From the NCBI GenBank assembly GCA_030017715.1, contig JASEIU010000001.1, forward strand, positions 1,520-65,519: 64,000 bases of DNA. Reading direction: 5' to 3'. The notes beneath the pieces were generated by a model. It did no database searches and was not told the origin of the DNA. It was given only the letters and a program-made list of their open reading frames with translations. Of the stretch, positions 19,301 through 28,583 are shown piece by piece (position 1 is the stretch's first letter; every line of letters begins with the position of its first letter). A program made the position numbers and the translations under genes. This DNA is from Candidatus Saccharicenans sp. (GTDB taxonomy: Bacteria > Acidobacteriota > Aminicenantia > Aminicenantales > Saccharicenantaceae).

Positions 19301-21848
19301 CGAGAAAGCGGTGATTTATATTCCGGAGACGGTTCAGGGGCGGGCCCTGGTTTCGGTTGAGACCGGAAATTCGGTTCTTCAGAAAATGTGGATCATGACC
19401 CAGAAGGGACAGAACCGGATCGAGATTCCGCTGACCGTAAAAATGTCGCCTAACGTCTATGTCCACGTCACCCTGATTCAACCTCACAGCGGCAAGGTGA
19501 GCGACACGCCGATCAGGATGTATGGCGTTATTCCGATCATAGTGGAGGACCCGAATACCAGGCTGGAACCGGTGGTGGGTGTTCCCCAGGAGATAAAGCC
19601 CGGGGAAAAATTCAGGATTCAGGTGAGCGAAAAGAATCAGCGGAGGATGTTTTATACGGTGGCCGTGGTCGACGAAGGCCTGCTGGCCCTGACCAGGTAC
19701 CGGGCTCCAGATCTGCGGCAGGAATTTTACAAAAAAGAAGCCCTGGGCATAATCACCTGGGACCTCTTTGACCAGGTGGCTGAAGCTTACGGGGCGGAAC
19801 TCAGCCGGATACTGGCTCTTGGAGGAGACGGGAGTCTCGAAGGAAAGGCCGAGGCCAGAAAGCCGAGACGTTTTCCGCCGGTGGCCATGTTCGCCGGTCC
19901 GTTTGAGCTGAAGCCCGGGGAGACCGCCGGCCATGAATTCCTGATGCCGCAGTACTTCGGTCAGGTCAGAGTGATGGTGGTCGCCGGCCAGGAAGGCGCC
20001 TACGGAGTGGCTGAAAAAGCCGTCTATGTCCGGCGCGACCTGATGGCCCTGGCCACCCTGCCCCGGATTTTGCGGCCGGGCGAGCTGGTGACCATGCCCA
20101 TAACTTTGTTTATTACCCGGCCCGAGCTGAAGGAGGTTGAGGTCAGCCTCCAGACCAACGAGCTCTTCCAGGTGGTCGGCGAAAACAGAAAGAAGGTTGA
20201 ATTTTCAGGGGCGGGCGAGCAGATGGTCTATTTTGAACTGAAGGTGGCCGACAGCACCGGTCAGGGAGCGGTCAGCTACCAGGCCCGGGCGGGTTCGGAG
20301 ACAGTGAGCGGAAGAATCGACATTGAAGTTTTGAGTTCCAATCCTTCGATCACCAGAATGGCCGATTATGAAGTAAAAGCCGGGAAAAGCCTGAAGGAAA
20401 AAATTGTGCCTTTCGGGCTCAAAGGCACCAACTCGGTGGTGGTTGAAGTTTCGCCGGTTCCCAATCTCCGGCTGGAAAAAAGGTTGAACTTTCTGATTCA
20501 GTATCCGCACGGCTGCCTGGAACAGACGCTGTCGGTCGCTTTCCCCCAGCTTTACCTTAAAAATCTGGTGCGCTTGACTCCGGACCAGAGCAGGGAAATA
20601 GAGCTCCACGTTCGGGCAGCGGTTGAAAAGATGAGGAAATTCCAGATGCCGGGCGGCGGTTTCAGTTACTGGCCGGGCGGGCACGAATCTCATCACTGGA
20701 CCTCCACCTATGCCGGCTGGTTTCTGCTGGAAGCTTCACGCGCCGGATATTACGTGCCGGCTGAGATGCTGGCCGCCTGGAAGGATAATCAGAAGCGGCT
20801 GGCCAACGCCTGGATTACCGGCGGGTCTTATGATCAGTTGATCCAGGCCTTCAGGTTGTTCGTTCTGTCCCAGGCCAGGGAACCGGATACCGGGGCCATG
20901 AACCGGCTGCGAGAAAAACAGGGCTTGAACAGCCTGACCTCTTGGTTGCTGGCCGCCGCCTTCTATCTCAACGGTCAACTGGAAGCAGCTGAAGAACTGG
21001 CGGGAAAAACCAGACTGGAATTTGATAGGTACCGGGATTCGGAGCTGACTTTCGGTTCTGAGCTCAGGGATAAAGCCCTGGTCGCTCACTGCCTGAGCCT
21101 GATTGGGAAAGGGGATAAGGCCAAACCGCTGATAAAAGAAATTTCCGAAATAACCTCTTCCGACCTCTGGCTGAACACCAACGAGACCGCCATGGTGCTA
21201 TTAGCTCTCTCGAGTTATTATGGAACGGCCGGCGCCGAAGGCTATGCTTTCAAGTTGGGATGGGACGAAAAGAGTCCGGAAAAAATTTCCTCCTCCCGGC
21301 CGGTGGAAAAAAGGTCGTTGGCCGATTTCCCGCTTGAGGGGCGGACCCTTGTCTTCAATAACGACGGCACCGTTCCGCTTTATCTCTGTGTTTATACCCG
21401 GGGAATTCCGCCGGCCGGCCTGGAGGAACCGCAGGAGCGCGGAATTAAGGTTAAAGTGACTTTCCGCGACCTGAAGATGAACCCGGTCGATATCAGTTCG
21501 GTGCTCCAGGGTTCGGATCTCCTGGCCGACATTGTGGTCGAAAACGACAGCCCGCGGCCGCTTGAAAATCTGGCCCTGACCTGCCTGGTGGCCTCTGGAT
21601 TCCAGATCAAAAATCCTCTGTTCAGCCCGGACGGAAAAGCCGTCAGCTGCGATTACCAGGATGTCAGGGATGACCGGGTCTATACCTATTTCAAGCTGAG
21701 AAGAGGAGAGAAAAAGACGTTTTTGATTACTCTGAACGCTTCCTATGTCGGGCAGTTCTATCAGCCCGGCTTTCTGGTGGAGGCCATGTACGACGATTCG
21801 GTGCAGGCCAACACCAAAGGGCAATGGATAAAAATCGTCAGGCAGTAA
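16323..21848 (+). CDS. bacterial alpha-2-macroglobulin family lipoprotein (thioester-containing, YfhM/ECAM-like)
   Basis: 1841 aa. Lipoprotein signal MNKTAKIFCLIFLVLMIGGLVSC. Thioester motif GCLEQ at nt 20511-20525 (YPHGCLEQTLSVAF). Size and architecture match bacterial A2M. Sits directly upstream of PBP1C, as in the known A2M-pbpC gene pair. Confidence 0.9.
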   Translation: MNKTAKIFCLIFLVLMIGGLVSCRKEKAKPGVSMEPDWYHYISAHTSGTVPRRARIRVVFVEEVGKPGEESVGLLEINPPVPGKLVWATNRVLMLIPNTELKPDTEYTATLNLNKIMKLPEEYSKFVFSFRTIKQLMEMNIEGLYPEDETRPEILTLKGQLLTSDMEEPLAVEKILQAEQEGKSLGISWSHSGDGTGHYFSVRNIIRGEEQSRVRLRWDGSPLNISDRGEREIEIPPLSQFDLSLVTAVWEDSPHILLQFTDALDRSQKLKGLIEIEGYPLNFEIDQNKIRVYSPRSFRGAVEVKIFPGIRSVNRRTFTREETRTVVFGTPLPSVRFVGNGVILPRKERLTVPIEAINLKSIQVTVFKIYGQNIPQFLQVNDLAGTRELVRVGKYLWRKTVSLSDDPEVTSRWARYDLDVTPLFQEDPSGIYRIILSFNRGNSTYPCPESIEPHKTEPPLESQAESSDYYYYWDETYGYPYLQNGWLYRNDPCHDAYYNPHFNREAVVGRNFLVSNLGLLAKLEKNNQLHAVVTDLRTAQPLSGARVEVFNYQQQLLASADSDGNGFAVFSLKEKPFLVVARSGKELGYLRLGNETVISLSSFDIGGETVNRGLKGYIYGERGVWRPGDTLFLTFALFDREKSLPEDHPVVMEFYSPQGQLYRTLKPEKSLGGFYAFKIETEENIQTGPWQAKVLVGGVTFSRTFRIETVVPNRLKIDFQTGREIITRKDRPLQATLSAQWLHGATAPNLKFDVTVNLTSRKTAFADFPDFVFDDPSREQISGEETTVKGQLDQQGKALVKLGLETSVEAPGSLTAGFVTRVFEESGDFSIDTFSQVFHPYDHYVGIKVRGEQKGYGYLETGKDQEVEVVVVDSRGKPVSNRKVRVSLYKIGWRWWWEREGQSLADYMSKPYTRPIASGEVVIENGRAVWKFNLRAEDWGRYFIRAEDMEGDHTTGLTVYVDWPDWTGRSRAAGGEAATRLVLASDKTSYLVGEKAVIYIPETVQGRALVSVETGNSVLQKMWIMTQKGQNRIEIPLTVKMSPNVYVHVTLIQPHSGKVSDTPIRMYGVIPIIVEDPNTRLEPVVGVPQEIKPGEKFRIQVSEKNQRRMFYTVAVVDEGLLALTRYRAPDLRQEFYKKEALGIITWDLFDQVAEAYGAELSRILALGGDGSLEGKAEARKPRRFPPVAMFAGPFELKPGETAGHEFLMPQYFGQVRVMVVAGQEGAYGVAEKAVYVRRDLMALATLPRILRPGELVTMPITLFITRPELKEVEVSLQTNELFQVVGENRKKVEFSGAGEQMVYFELKVADSTGQGAVSYQARAGSETVSGRIDIEVLSSNPSITRMADYEVKAGKSLKEKIVPFGLKGTNSVVVEVSPVPNLRLEKRLNFLIQYPHGCLEQTLSVAFPQLYLKNLVRLTPDQSREIELHVRAAVEKMRKFQMPGGGFSYWPGGHESHHWTSTYAGWFLLEASRAGYYVPAEMLAAWKDNQKRLANAWITGGSYDQLIQAFRLFVLSQAREPDTGAMNRLREKQGLNSLTSWLLAAAFYLNGQLEAAEELAGKTRLEFDRYRDSELTFGSELRDKALVAHCLSLIGKGDKAKPLIKEISEITSSDLWLNTNETAMVLLALSSYYGTAGAEGYAFKLGWDEKSPEKISSSRPVEKRSLADFPLEGRTLVFNNDGTVPLYLCVYTRGIPPAGLEEPQERGIKVKVTFRDLKMNPVDISSVLQGSDLLADIVVENDSPRPLENLALTCLVASGFQIKNPLFSPDGKAVSCDYQDVRDDRVYTYFKLRRGEKKTFLITLNASYVGQFYQPGFLVEAMYDDSVQANTKGQWIKIVRQ

Positions 21849-22162
21849 AGATGGAAAAAACAGCAGGAATGACCTGGCAGGCTGGGAGTAAAAAAGAACC
21901 ACAGCCGAAAAAAAAGCCAAAAAGAAATGTTAATGAGGAGTAAATGAAAGGAGCACAGGCCGGGGCAAATAAGAGGAGGGCTTTGAAGTTCGGAAGGAAA
22001 ATCAAATAGCTCCGCAGGCAACTAAAAAAAGTTAAGCCCATGAAAATGTTAAAAGAGTTTACGGCGGAGTGATAAACAGAAAAAAGAAAACAAGGAGAAA
22101 AAAGAAGAAAACAAAGAATATTAGTCGAAAGAATAACGGTAATTAGTCTGGCTGATGAAGAG

Positions 22163-24541
22163 ATGAAAATAAGAAACAGAAAGAAGAAATGGCGGCTGGC
22201 GGCAGCGGCCCTGCCGGCCCTGGCCTTCTTAGTTTATCTGCTGTGGCCTCCTGGCCCGCTTTTTGACCGGCCGCTGTCTCCGGTTCTTTTTTCTGAGGAC
22301 GGACAGCTTCTCGGAGCCAGGCTGGCTGCCGACGGTCAGTGGCATTTTCCCAGGGACAGGAAAGTTCCGGACAAGTATTTTCAGGCAGTTCTGCAGTTTG
22401 AAGACCGAAGATTCTACCTCCATCCCGGAGTTGACCCGGTGGCGATGGTGAGGGCGGCCTGGCAGAACCTCAAGGCCGGTCGCATAAAGAGCGGTGGCAG
22501 CACCATCACCATGCAGTTAGCCAGACTAACCATTGGCAGCGGTCGGCGGACGGTCGGCCGGAAGCTCAAGGAATCCCTCCTGGCCTTAAAGATTGAGCTC
22601 CGCTATTCCAAGCGAGAAATTCTCGAGCTGTTTGCCTCTAACGCTCCTTTCGGTCGCAATCTGGTCGGCCTCGATGCGGCCTCCTGGTTTTATTTCGGGC
22701 GCCACCCGGAGGATTTGAGCTGGGCCGAAGCCTGTTTCCTGGCTGTGCTGCCGAAGAATCCCGGCCTGGCGGCCGATGAGAATGGAATGTCGAATATCAG
22801 AAGAAAGCGCGATCGGCTGCTGGAGAAGCTGAGACGACGGGGCCTCATCGATGAAATTAAGTTGAAGCTGGCTCTGAGCGAGCCGCTGCCCGCCGGCTTG
22901 AGGCCGGTGCCCAGAGAAGCTGAACATCTGCTTGAAACTCTGGCCAAGGACGGCCGGGTCAAAACGCCGTTCCGGTCTTTTATCAAGGCCGAATTGCAGA
23001 GAAGAATTTCAGCCAGGGCGGAAGTTTACGGAGAAAAATTGCTCAATCGCGGGATACGCAATCTGGCCGCGGTGGTGATCGATAATCGGAAGGGGGCCGT
23101 GGTCGCCTATGTGGGTAATGTCGGAGCGCACAGAAATTTTGACTCGGCCCAGTTTGTTGATGTCGTCCAGAGCCCGAGAAGCACCGGCAGCATTCTCAAG
23201 CCCTTCCTTTATGCGGCCATGCTTCAGGAGGGTTTTATAACGCCCGAGATGCTGATACCTGATATTCCCACGCGCTACCAGGGATTCAGGCCGAAGAATT
23301 TTGACCGGCAGTTCCGGGGTGCGGTGTCGGCCCGGAGGGCTCTGGCCTGGTCGCTGAACGTCACCGCCGTCCGGATGCTTCACGACTTCGGGATTCCCCG
23401 GTTCAAGAATCTGCTCGCCGGCTGGGGGATGAGCACGCTTTTCCGTCCGGCCGACGATTATGGCCTGAGCCTGATTCTCGGAGGCGCAGAAGGTAAACTC
23501 CTGGAGATAGCCTCAATCTACGCCGGGATCGGCCGGCAGGCGATGGGACTGGAAGGCGCCGGGGAAAAAATCAAACTTCTCCAGGATGAAAAATCTCAGA
23601 CCACCGGGCTGGCCAGGCTCAGCCGGGGGGCTGCCTACCTGACGCTCGAAGCCCTGACCGAGGTCAACCGACCGGACGAGGAGGGGTTCTGGAGGAATTT
23701 CAGTTCATCGCGCTGGGTGGCCTGGAAGACCGGGACCAGCTTCGGGTTGAAAGATGCCTGGGCGGTCGGGGTTACTCCGAATTACACCGTCGGGGTCTGG
23801 GCCGGAAACGCCGACGGCGAGGGGCGGCCGGAAATAACCGGAGTGGCCGCGGCTGCGCCTTTTTTGTTCGAGGCGCTGGCTCTGCTGGATACAGGCGGGG
23901 AAATTCCGCTGCCGGATCGACATCTCAAACGGGTGGAAATCTGCGCCGATTCCGGTTATCTCCCGGGAGACCTGTGCCCGAAAAAAACCATCTGGCTGCC
24001 GGCAGAAAACTATTTTGACCGGGGTTGCGCCTTCCATCAACTGGTTCATCTTGACCCTTCGGGGAGATACCGGGTGGACAGCCGGGTGGAATCGGTGGCT
24101 AAAATGCGGCATCAGTCCTGGTTTGTGCTGCCTCCGGTGCAGGAATATTATTACCGCGCTTATCATCCTGAATACAAGCCGCTTCCTCCATTCAAGAGCG
24201 GCCGGGCGCGGGAAGCCGAGGTGGCCGAGGGGGCCCGGGTCATGAACTTGATTTATCCCGAGCCGGGAACCGCGGTTTACATTCCGATCGATCTGGACGG
24301 CCGGCCGGGAGAGGTGGTTCTGGAAGCCGTCCACCGGCAGCCCGGGGCGGTCATCCACTGGCACCTGGATGAGGAGTACCTGGCCAGCACCAGGCATTTC
24401 CATCAGGTAACCTGCAATCCGACGCCGGGAGAGCATGTGCTGGTGCTGGTGGATAATGAGGGACGCCGACTTGCTCGAGCTTTTACCGTCATCAGCCGGG
24501 GAGAAGCCGGGTCCAGGAAGGTCGCTGACTCCAGCCGTTAG
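22163..24541 (+). CDS. pbpC: penicillin-binding protein 1C (transglycosylase + transpeptidase)
   Basis: 792 aa. N-terminal membrane anchor. GT51 glycosyltransferase motifs EDRRFYLHPGVDP and RIKSGGSTITMQLAR. A transpeptidase domain follows. Gene order after A2M is as described for pbpC. Confidence 0.9.
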   Translation: MKIRNRKKKWRLAAAALPALAFLVYLLWPPGPLFDRPLSPVLFSEDGQLLGARLAADGQWHFPRDRKVPDKYFQAVLQFEDRRFYLHPGVDPVAMVRAAWQNLKAGRIKSGGSTITMQLARLTIGSGRRTVGRKLKESLLALKIELRYSKREILELFASNAPFGRNLVGLDAASWFYFGRHPEDLSWAEACFLAVLPKNPGLAADENGMSNIRRKRDRLLEKLRRRGLIDEIKLKLALSEPLPAGLRPVPREAEHLLETLAKDGRVKTPFRSFIKAELQRRISARAEVYGEKLLNRGIRNLAAVVIDNRKGAVVAYVGNVGAHRNFDSAQFVDVVQSPRSTGSILKPFLYAAMLQEGFITPEMLIPDIPTRYQGFRPKNFDRQFRGAVSARRALAWSLNVTAVRMLHDFGIPRFKNLLAGWGMSTLFRPADDYGLSLILGGAEGKLLEIASIYAGIGRQAMGLEGAGEKIKLLQDEKSQTTGLARLSRGAAYLTLEALTEVNRPDEEGFWRNFSSSRWVAWKTGTSFGLKDAWAVGVTPNYTVGVWAGNADGEGRPEITGVAAAAPFLFEALALLDTGGEIPLPDRHLKRVEICADSGYLPGDLCPKKTIWLPAENYFDRGCAFHQLVHLDPSGRYRVDSRVESVAKMRHQSWFVLPPVQEYYYRAYHPEYKPLPPFKSGRAREAEVAEGARVMNLIYPEPGTAVYIPIDLDGRPGEVVLEAVHRQPGAVIHWHLDEEYLASTRHFHQVTCNPTPGEHVLVLVDNEGRRLARAFTVISRGEAGSRKVADSSR

Positions 24542-24809
24542 GCGGGGAAATTCGACTGGAACTGTTTTACGCTGCTTGCGGACCGGAGACCGGACCCGAC
24601 GCATCGATAGACAGGGAAAAATTGAGAGCGCTGTTATCGCTTAAAGAAACAAAATTCCCGTTGCTCAATCATCAGGTCATTCTTTAAGCGGGACGTTGTC
24701 TATATTAATTTATTTAACAGGATTTCGGGAGCTTTTCTCTGGCGTAGAATTTGATAAAATTGCCGGGAAAATGAATTTTTGGAAAAGAACGAAAAAAGGT
24801 GCTTAAGAA

Positions 24810-25754
24810 ATGACTGAAATGGAGGAAAAAGGCCGGCTCAAGACCTGGTTGATTGCGGCCAGACCCTGGGCTCTTCCGGCCTCGGCGGTTCCGGTTCTAT
24901 TCGGCGGTTCTTTAGCGGCTACGGTCGGGTGGGTCCGATTGAATATCGGATTGCTGCTGCTAAGTCTGCTGGCCATGGCTCTTCTTCACACCGCGGCCAA
25001 CATGCTGTCCGATGTCATCGACTGGAAAAGGGGGCTCGACCGGGAAGTCACTCCGGTCAGCGGGGCGGTCGTTCGCGGGTTGCTCAGCCCTCAGCAAGTG
25101 TTGAAGGGGGCGGCGGTTCTTTTTGTTCTGGGCTCAGCTCTGGGTTTGATTTTAGTCTGGCTACGGGGAATTCTTATTTTATACATAGGAATAGCAGGAA
25201 TAATCCTGGGTCTGGCTTATCCCTGGCTTAAAGCCCTGGCCCTCGGTGACCTGGTAGTTTTTGTGAACTTCGGCCTTCTGGGCTCGCTGGGAGCCTGGGT
25301 GGTTCAGACCGGCCAGTTTTCCTGGCTGCCGGTGATGTGGGCCGTGCCTCAAGGAATGCTGGTGGTTGCGATTCTACATGCCAATAACTGGCGTGACTCC
25401 ATCACCGACCGCGAGAAGAAGGTCATTACCTTCGCCTCGCTTCTCGGCGACCGCGGTTCGCTTGTTTATTTCGGAAAACTCATATTCGGTTCGCAGGTTC
25501 TGATGGCCGGGTTTGTCCTGGTGCCGCGCCTTTTCAATCTGGATTTTCCTTCCCTGCCTCTGACGATGCTTATCGTTGTCCTGGCTCTCCCCGAAGCCTT
25601 AAAGCTCTGGCGGAAAGCCCGGAGCCGGCGCCAGCCCGCACATCCGTTCGACTTTATAACGCTCGACGGCGGCTGCGCCCGCTATGCTCTGACCTTCGGC
25701 CTTCTTTCGGTGGCCGGCCTGTGGCTCGGTCAGGTATTACCCCTGCTCCAGTGA
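24810..25754 (+). CDS. UbiA-family aromatic prenyltransferase, MenA-like (1,4-dihydroxy-2-naphthoate polyprenyltransferase-like)
   Basis: 314 aa, about 8 TM helices. N-terminus WLIAARPWALPASAVPVLFGGSLA and the DxxxD-like region are typical of MenA/UbiA. The 5' third is duplicated upstream at 15541-15910. Confidence 0.8.
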   Translation: MTEMEEKGRLKTWLIAARPWALPASAVPVLFGGSLAATVGWVRLNIGLLLLSLLAMALLHTAANMLSDVIDWKRGLDREVTPVSGAVVRGLLSPQQVLKGAAVLFVLGSALGLILVWLRGILILYIGIAGIILGLAYPWLKALALGDLVVFVNFGLLGSLGAWVVQTGQFSWLPVMWAVPQGMLVVAILHANNWRDSITDREKKVITFASLLGDRGSLVYFGKLIFGSQVLMAGFVLVPRLFNLDFPSLPLTMLIVVLALPEALKLWRKARSRRQPAHPFDFITLDGGCARYALTFGLLSVAGLWLGQVLPLLQ

Positions 25755-26054
25755 TTGGTGACAATGATGAAGCGGGGCGGCCCGGCGTTAGCCCTCCGGC
25801 CGGATAAAAAGGAAGCGCTTCAGGGCGCCGGGCGGAGAGAGATGGTAAATCGGCTGCGGTAACAGTTGCTAACTTCGCCAGTTAAGACCTCATGAACACA
25901 AAGCGGCAATAATTGCGAAAGGAGAGAATGAACTTCGTCTCTTCCACCCACCCGGCTCAGGAGGTTTTCGGCGGCGATGAATTTTTCGGGAAAATGTAAA
26001 GTTTTTTTGTTAAGATAGAAGTCAGAAAAGAAAACAGGGCAGACGAATCTTTGA

Positions 26055-26723
26055 GTGAGGCCTTCGGGAAAAATGAAGCCGCTTAATGTAAGTCATGTTT
26101 CAATTTACATTATGACGCTGGCCGTGGCTTTATACTTTTTCCTGATTTTTTCCGGAGTATTCCCGGAGACCCTGGACCTGTGGTCGCTTCTGGCCGGCGG
26201 GTTGATGGTGTTTCTGATCCTGGCTGTCCGGTTCGACCCGCTTTTCAGCAAGTTAATCTATGGAGATTTTCGGGAAAAAACCTGGAAAGCTCTGGCCACG
26301 GGAGTGGTTTCAGCCCTTTTGCTGTACGGAGTTTTTCTGGCCGGCAATTTCTTTCTCAAAAAAATCTTCCCGGCCGGCAGCGAGCATCTGGCTTCCATCT
26401 ATAATTTGAAATACGGCAGCAGCCAGTTGAGGATCGGTTTGTTTCTGGCGCTGATGATAGGTCCGGGAGAAGAACTTCTCTGGCGGGGCTGGCTGCAGAG
26501 ACACTGGTCAGCCCGGCTGGGAAAAATTGCCGGCTTCCTGGGGGTGTCGCTGCTCTATGCCCTGGTGCATCTGTCGAGCCGCAATCCGGCGCTGGTGCTG
26601 GCCGCTTCTGTGTGCGGATTATGGTGGGGCTTTCAGTATTGCCGGTTTAACTCGCTTCTATCGAATGTGGTTAGCCACACCCTCTGGGACCTTCTGGTTT
26701 TTATCTTCATTCCGTTTTCTTGA
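26055..26723 (+). CDS. CPBP family intramembrane glutamic endopeptidase (CAAX protease/Abi-like)
   Basis: Multi-TM protein with CPBP motif 1 (GEELLWRGWL = EExxxR), motif 2 (YALVH) and motif 3 (SNVVSHTLWD). Start could instead be the ATG at 26073. Confidence 0.8.
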   Translation: MRPSGKMKPLNVSHVSIYIMTLAVALYFFLIFSGVFPETLDLWSLLAGGLMVFLILAVRFDPLFSKLIYGDFREKTWKALATGVVSALLLYGVFLAGNFFLKKIFPAGSEHLASIYNLKYGSSQLRIGLFLALMIGPGEELLWRGWLQRHWSARLGKIAGFLGVSLLYALVHLSSRNPALVLAASVCGLWWGFQYCRFNSLLSNVVSHTLWDLLVFIFIPFS

Positions 26724-27158
26724 CCGGATTCAATTCAAAAGAGGGCGGGCTCAACTGCCACGGCAAAGCCAGTCGATCCTGCAGCCCGGGAGTTGAATGG
26801 CCTGACGGGATAAATACTAACTGTGGGGAAGAATATAAAAAAGGTCACAAAATTATTGTTATCAGGGCCTGATCATCAGGCCGGGAACCCAGGAGAATTA
26901 ATAAAGGAACAATTCATCTTCCCACAGTAAAACTTGGGGTATCACTGACCTTCTGACCGGAGAAGAATGAGTCCAGTGCCAGGACCCGTGAAACTCCTGG
27001 CTTAAATTCAAAATGAACGAAAATTTGCTGACAGTCCTTTTCCTTTATGCTTTAGCTATCGGCTCTTTTATAGAGATTCCCGCTTTATAGATCCTCTTCC
27101 GCGAAGCAGTTGAGCCCGACAGACTTACCGGAGAGAAAGAGCTATTCAAATCAATAAA

Positions 27159-27674
27159 TTATGGCCGCCAGCGCTCGTAATTCACCAGCTCAGACAGATC
27201 CTTTCGTTTTTTCGGTGCGGGCTGATCAGCCGGATAGCCCAGAGGAGTAAAAGCCAGCGGCTCGACTTCCGGCGGAAGCGAAAAGATTTCCCGTGCGACG
27301 GCCGGGTCAAATGCGCCCACCCAGCAGGTGCCGAGTCCTTCATTGGCCGCCGCTAAAATCAGATGGTCCATGGCGATGGTAGCGTCCACGTCTGCGTAGT
27401 TTTTCCCGTCGCGGCGCTTCCAGGCAGCTTCCGGAATGGTCACAAGGCCGATTACCAGCGGCGCCTGGGTAAACCACTCCCGATGATAAAGCCGCTTCAA
27501 TTCCTCCTCGCGTCCGCGGCTGTTTATGACCAGCAGGCGAAAGGGCTGACGATTGGCAGCGGTTGGAGCCAGTCGGGCGGCCTCCAGGACTCTCTGCAAT
27601 TTTTCCGGTGGAACTGGATCCGGACGATAAGCCCTCACGCTGTAGCGATGCTTGATCAGTTCGTTGAATTCCAT
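27159..27674 (-). CDS. nitroreductase family protein (NAD(P)H-flavin oxidoreductase)
   Basis: 171 aa. N-terminus HRYSVRAYRPDPVPPEKLQRVLEAARLAPTAANRQPFRL is the classic nitroreductase signature. GGGAGG ribosome-binding site. Confidence 0.85.
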   Translation of the reverse strand: MEFNELIKHRYSVRAYRPDPVPPEKLQRVLEAARLAPTAANRQPFRLLVINSRGREEELKRLYHREWFTQAPLVIGLVTIPEAAWKRRDGKNYADVDATIAMDHLILAAANEGLGTCWVGAFDPAVAREIFSLPPEVEPLAFTPLGYPADQPAPKKRKDLSELVNYERWRP

Positions 27675-28583
27675 TTTTGCCTCCCTGTTTCTCTCTTCTT
27701 TTTTTATTTTTTTATTTATTTTGTTGTGATGCCTATCTGAATTTATATTAAATTTTTTTTGCGAAATTTCATATAGCTTATTTTAGCTTAACCTTTATGG
27801 TTCATAGCCCGAGTAATTGATCAAGAGAGAAATATTCGGCCGGATAACTATGAGATTTCATCGGCTAAGAGAGGGGTTTAGAAGCACAGCCTCAAAGTGA
27901 GAATAAAGGAAATATCTTCTCAGCGTTTTGGTCAGCCCTGACTCTAACCAAACGAGGAAGCCTCTTTGTTTCCTTGACCGTCGGCAATTAAGGCCGGAGG
28001 GTAGCGCGGACTGTCTCCTGCCAGCCGCAGCGGAAGGAGTTCCCCGCGGGGAGATGGGTGGAGCGAGGACGGGAGGGGGCGGGCCGTGACAGATCCCTCT
28101 GACTAATCCGAGCTGTCACGGAAACAGAAAGGCCCTCACAAAAAGGAAATTTTTTTAATTTTCTCTCATTCATGAAGTCTAATATTTTCTTATCTAACCG
28201 GGAGAAGGTCTTCGTTTATTAAGGCACTGGCCAGGACACCTTTCGGTTCATTGCTTGCTACCTGCTATGAAATCTTCACTTGCTCCGCTTTTTCTCAGGC
28301 CAGATTTCCTTCATGGTGAAATCAACCCAGAACAGGTCAGTGGTGTTGGTGGCCACTTCCAGAACGGCCCGGCTGATGACCGCCGGCGGGTCGGGAAGTT
28401 TTTGCCACCAGCGCCGGTCGGACGGATAGCCAAATTGAAATCCCACCGGCGAGGGATAAAACCACCAGGCCCATCTGGAAAATTCCAATACAATTTCATC
28501 TAAGGATTTGAAAATCTGGCTGTCGTCTATAAAAGCCAGTCCTTCCCTATAAGTCGGCGGAAGCTTATCCTTCTCCAGGTGCT

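Noticed and set aside
16442-21920. Multiple minus-strand ORFs of up to 324 aa inside the alpha-2-macroglobulin gene (for example 18960-19934, 21201-21920)
   Set aside because: They are antisense to a continuous 1841-aa ORF that has a signal peptide, a thioester motif and a clear ribosome-binding site. Their composition is Arg/Gly/Pro-rich with no motifs.
27960-28140. RNase P RNA, tmRNA, SRP RNA or 6S RNA in the GC-rich intergenic segment
   Set aside because: The ACAGAAAGGCC stretch superficially resembles an RNase P P4 strand. The universally conserved GGAAAGUCCGG and A-GGCUUA elements, the tmRNA tag-reading frame and the SRP GGAA tetraloop context are all absent. The segment is kept only as an unclassified structured element.
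28255-28503. Three mutually overlapping 62-82-aa ORFs on both strands in the long intergenic gap
   Set aside because: Mutual overlap on both strands, no ribosome-binding sites, and W/R-rich compositions all point to non-coding sequence.
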